From contig OY970166.1 in assembly GCA_963706595.1 (NCBI GenBank), positions 3,456,001-3,520,000 of the forward strand: DNA of 64,000 bases, read 5' to 3'. Below the pieces are notes generated by a model. The model searched no databases. It was not told the DNA's origin and saw nothing but the letters and a program-made list of their open reading frames with translations. This DNA is from an uncultured cyanobacterium (lineage in GTDB: Bacteria; Cyanobacteriota; Cyanobacteriia; Cyanobacteriales; Nostocaceae). This document shows, in pieces, positions 61,075-64,000 of the stretch (the stretch's first letter is position 1; each line of letters starts with the position of its first letter). Made by a program: the position numbers and the translations under genes.

Positions 61075-63669
61075 TTATACCCCTAAAACTAGCTGATTGC
61101 GGTGAATGTGCAGGAGTTGAAATTCTCCACCTGCTACCATCTCTAGCATAAACAGGATTTGTTCAGGACGCAATATGACACCATCATGGCGACAACTGCC
61201 TAGATAACGCAACACCACTGTGGATTCTGCCACTCTGGTGTCAGTTTCTACTAATTCCAGTTTAAACAAGCGCGATCGCAGATTTATTAAAGTCTGCTTG
61301 CCTGATTTGGTTGTTTTCTCCCACCAAAGTTCATCTTTGGCTTTAATTGCATCAATCCAGTGTTGCCATTGTGCAGCATCAACTGCTCTAGGTGTTGCTA
61401 CCGTAATTAAATAATCTGCCGCCTCCATGACTTGGTTAGCTGCTGGGTCTTTTAAATCTATATTACCAACATCATATATAGGGATTTCTGTGGGTAGTTC
61501 CTTAATCAGTTGTTGGCGGAAAGTCTCAACTTCCACGGTCTGGGTTAACTCAAAATCCACAATTTCCCCACTGCTGGTAGCTCCTAGAGCCAAGGCACTA
61601 GCGATCGCAATTCGTGGACCGGGATGAAATCCACCAGTAAAAGCAATTGGTAAACCCGCTCTGCGGATGACTCGATCAAACAGACGCATCAAATCCAAAT
61701 GACTCACCAAAGCCATTGACCCTTGCTTGCCAAACCAGACACGCAGTCTTTGGGCTTTAGTCGTATTAGGGACAAAATTACCAGCAAATTCTGGGATTGC
61801 CGGTGGCGGAATCACAATATTATGTCCAAAATCAGTGCCGCAGACACCGCAGTGTGAGCAACCTTCAAAAGAGCAATCAGGTACTATTGCGGCTTCTAAA
61901 GCTCGTTGTAAGTCTGACTGGAGCCATTTTTTATCAATGCCGGTGTCAATGTGGTCCCAAGGCAAAGGATTGATTTAAAAAATCTTCCCTGCTTCCTGTT
62001 CCATATGCAAATTCCACTGCCTTCTTCGACTTAAGCGGTATTTTCCATCTAAACCAGCTTCGGCTATGGCTGACTCCCAAGCACCAAAAGCTGCATCTAA
62101 ATTTTCGTACCAGGAATCCATCCCTGCACCCAATTCCCAGGCGCGACGGACGACTTTCCCTAAAGTGCGATCGCCTCTGCCCACAAAGTCTTCCATGGCC
62201 GAAATGCGGACATCGGTAAAATTCACCTTCACACCCCTAATCCGGCGAAATTCTTGTCTGAGCAGGTTTTGTTTTTGTTTGAACTCTGTAGTCGAAACTG
62301 AATGCCACTGAAAAGGTGTATGAGGCTTGGGTGTGAAGTTAGATATCGTCAAGTTAAAGTTTAAAGGTTTTCTACCTCTACCCCGACATTCTCGTTGTAG
62401 CCAGCTGACTGTTTCGGCGATGCCCACAACATCAGTATCAGTTTCACCCGGCAAGCCAATCATGAAATATAACTTGATTTTATCCCACCCTTGTTCCCAG
62501 GCAGTTTTTACACCTCTTAGTAATTCTTCATTAGTTAAACCTTTATTTACAATGTCCCGCATTCTTTGGGTGCCGGCTTCTGGGGCAAAAGTCAGACCAC
62601 CTTGCCGTGTACCACCCAGAATATTGGCAATATTTTCATCAAATCTATCCACCCGTTGACTGGGAAGAGTCAGGGAAATATTTTCGTCTTTTAACCGATT
62701 TTTGATTTCCATCCCCACAGCAGGTAAGGACAAATAATCAGAACAACTCAGGGATAAGAGGGAAAACTCATTGTAACCAGTTGCCCGCATTCCAGCTTCA
62801 ATGGCTGTCACCACTTGATCTGGTTCCACATCCCTAGCTGGACGAGTCAGCATTCCCGGTTGACAAAAGCGACAACCACGAGTACAACCCCGGCGAATTT
62901 CCAGTGTCAGGCGGTCATGCACCGTCTCCACATAAGGCACTAACCCAATAGAATAAGCGGGAATAGGAGTTGCTACCCGGCGCAGAATCCGTTTGGGGAC
63001 ATCTGAGTGGGAAGGATGAACTGAGCCATCAGCCGCCATATTGTAAAACTGAGGAACATATACGCCTGGTATCTGTGCCAAGTCCAGAAGCAAATTCTCC
63101 CGGTTCAGTTTTGCTTGCTTCCCTTCTGACAAGACTAAACCAACTTCTGGCAGTAGTTCTTCCCCATCTCCAAGGGCGAAAAAGTCAAAGAAATCGGCAT
63201 AAGGTTCAGGATTTGATGTTGCTGTTTGTCCCCCAGCAAAAATTAACGGGTAGTTACCCTTGGCTCTTTCTTGCCATGTAAGGGGAATTCCCGCCAAATC
63301 CAACATTTCTAGGATATTAGTTGCTCCCAGTTCGTAACTGAGACTAAAACCCAAAATGTCAAATTCTTGGAGCGATCGCTGGGATTCTACGGCAAACAAT
63401 GGTGTATTAGTAGCCCGCAGTTTAGCCGCCAGATCAGCACCTGGGAGATAGGAGCGATCGCATAATTGCTGAGGCTGGGCATTCAAAATGTTATAGAGAA
63501 TGATATGCCCCAAGTTGGAAGAGCCGACTTCATATACTTCTGGGTAGGTTAAAGCCCAACGTATTGTTGCCGTATCCCAAGGTTTATGTACTGCCAAGTG
63601 TTCGTTACCCAGGTAACGCGCTGGCTTGAGAATATCCGGTGTGATTAATTTTTCAACTGCAACAGCCAC
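61075..63669 (-). CDS. TIGR03960-type radical SAM protein fused to a TIGR03936/DUF2344 domain, interrupted by indels at about 61965-62035
   Basis: KPARYLGNE, RGCTRGCRFCQ (CxxxCxxC), APEAGTQRMR; downstream LPWDHID, CSHCGVC, SHLDLMR, GFHPGPRI. Confidence 0.9.
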
Positions 63670-64000
63670 TATGCTATCTTCTAGCTACCTTAATTACAGC
63701 TTACCAAATCTAACTTAGCATTAAGTTAGGCTTTTCAGTAGAGTTGATCGCTGCAACTTACAACTCTTTTACACAAATTTACTTTTCGACTGTTGATGCA
63801 CATTATGTGCTAGAGGGGAACTTGAATTTTTAGACACCACAGGACTATTTGCATATTGACATCCCCATCTAATTAGAGTTATTGAATCTTTAACCCGGAT
63901 TTCTTTGAACATAAACTGTTATTTCTGATTTCGATCAAACTCTTCCGGTGTCTTTGCTAAATCTTTATGACTGACATGGGTGTATTTAAAGATTGTCATA

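Noticed and set aside
3800..63281. Many short antisense or alternate-frame ORFs inside ppk1, dxr, glsF, fusA, tuf, rne and the radical SAM gene
   Set aside because: Shadow ORFs of conserved genes with no recognisable motifs.
63959..63976. 15/18 match to the predicted guide of the 25635 remnant
   Set aside because: Two of the three mismatches fall in the first seven positions, the sequence is AT-rich and no TAM is established; compatible with chance.

Overview
A 64 kb chromosomal segment from a filamentous cyanobacterium, most likely Nostocales (frequent HIP1 GCGATCGC octamers, heptameric STRR tandem repeats, small dispersed GC-rich repeats, crr7, glsF, rne-rnhB). Most of it is core genome: ppk1, lysS-KTSC, dxr, glsF, rpsL-rpsG-fusA-tuf-rpsJ, pheA, rne-rnhB and a TIGR03960-type radical SAM gene. 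Three accessory loci stand out. (1) 19634-23777: a three-gene operon encoding a RelE/Gp49-like toxin, an XRE antitoxin with two extra C-terminal modules, and a TPR-CHAT caspase-like protease, under a near-consensus promoter overlapped by two operators. This is a candidate protease-triggered toxin-antitoxin (defence) system. (2) 6146-10250: two paralogous small secreted Gly/Ala-rich proteins converging on a large secreted protein with a beta-barrel-like C-terminus, a candidate surface-fibre system. (3) A tnpA-less IS605/IS1341-like element encoding a rearranged-RuvC TnpB and a divergent RHH-like gene, plus a separate TnpB right-end/omegaRNA-like remnant upstream of lysS. Several genes, including essential rpsL and rne, carry single-base frameshifts that look like assembly or consensus artefacts. 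All calls come from reading the sequence; no database searches were run.
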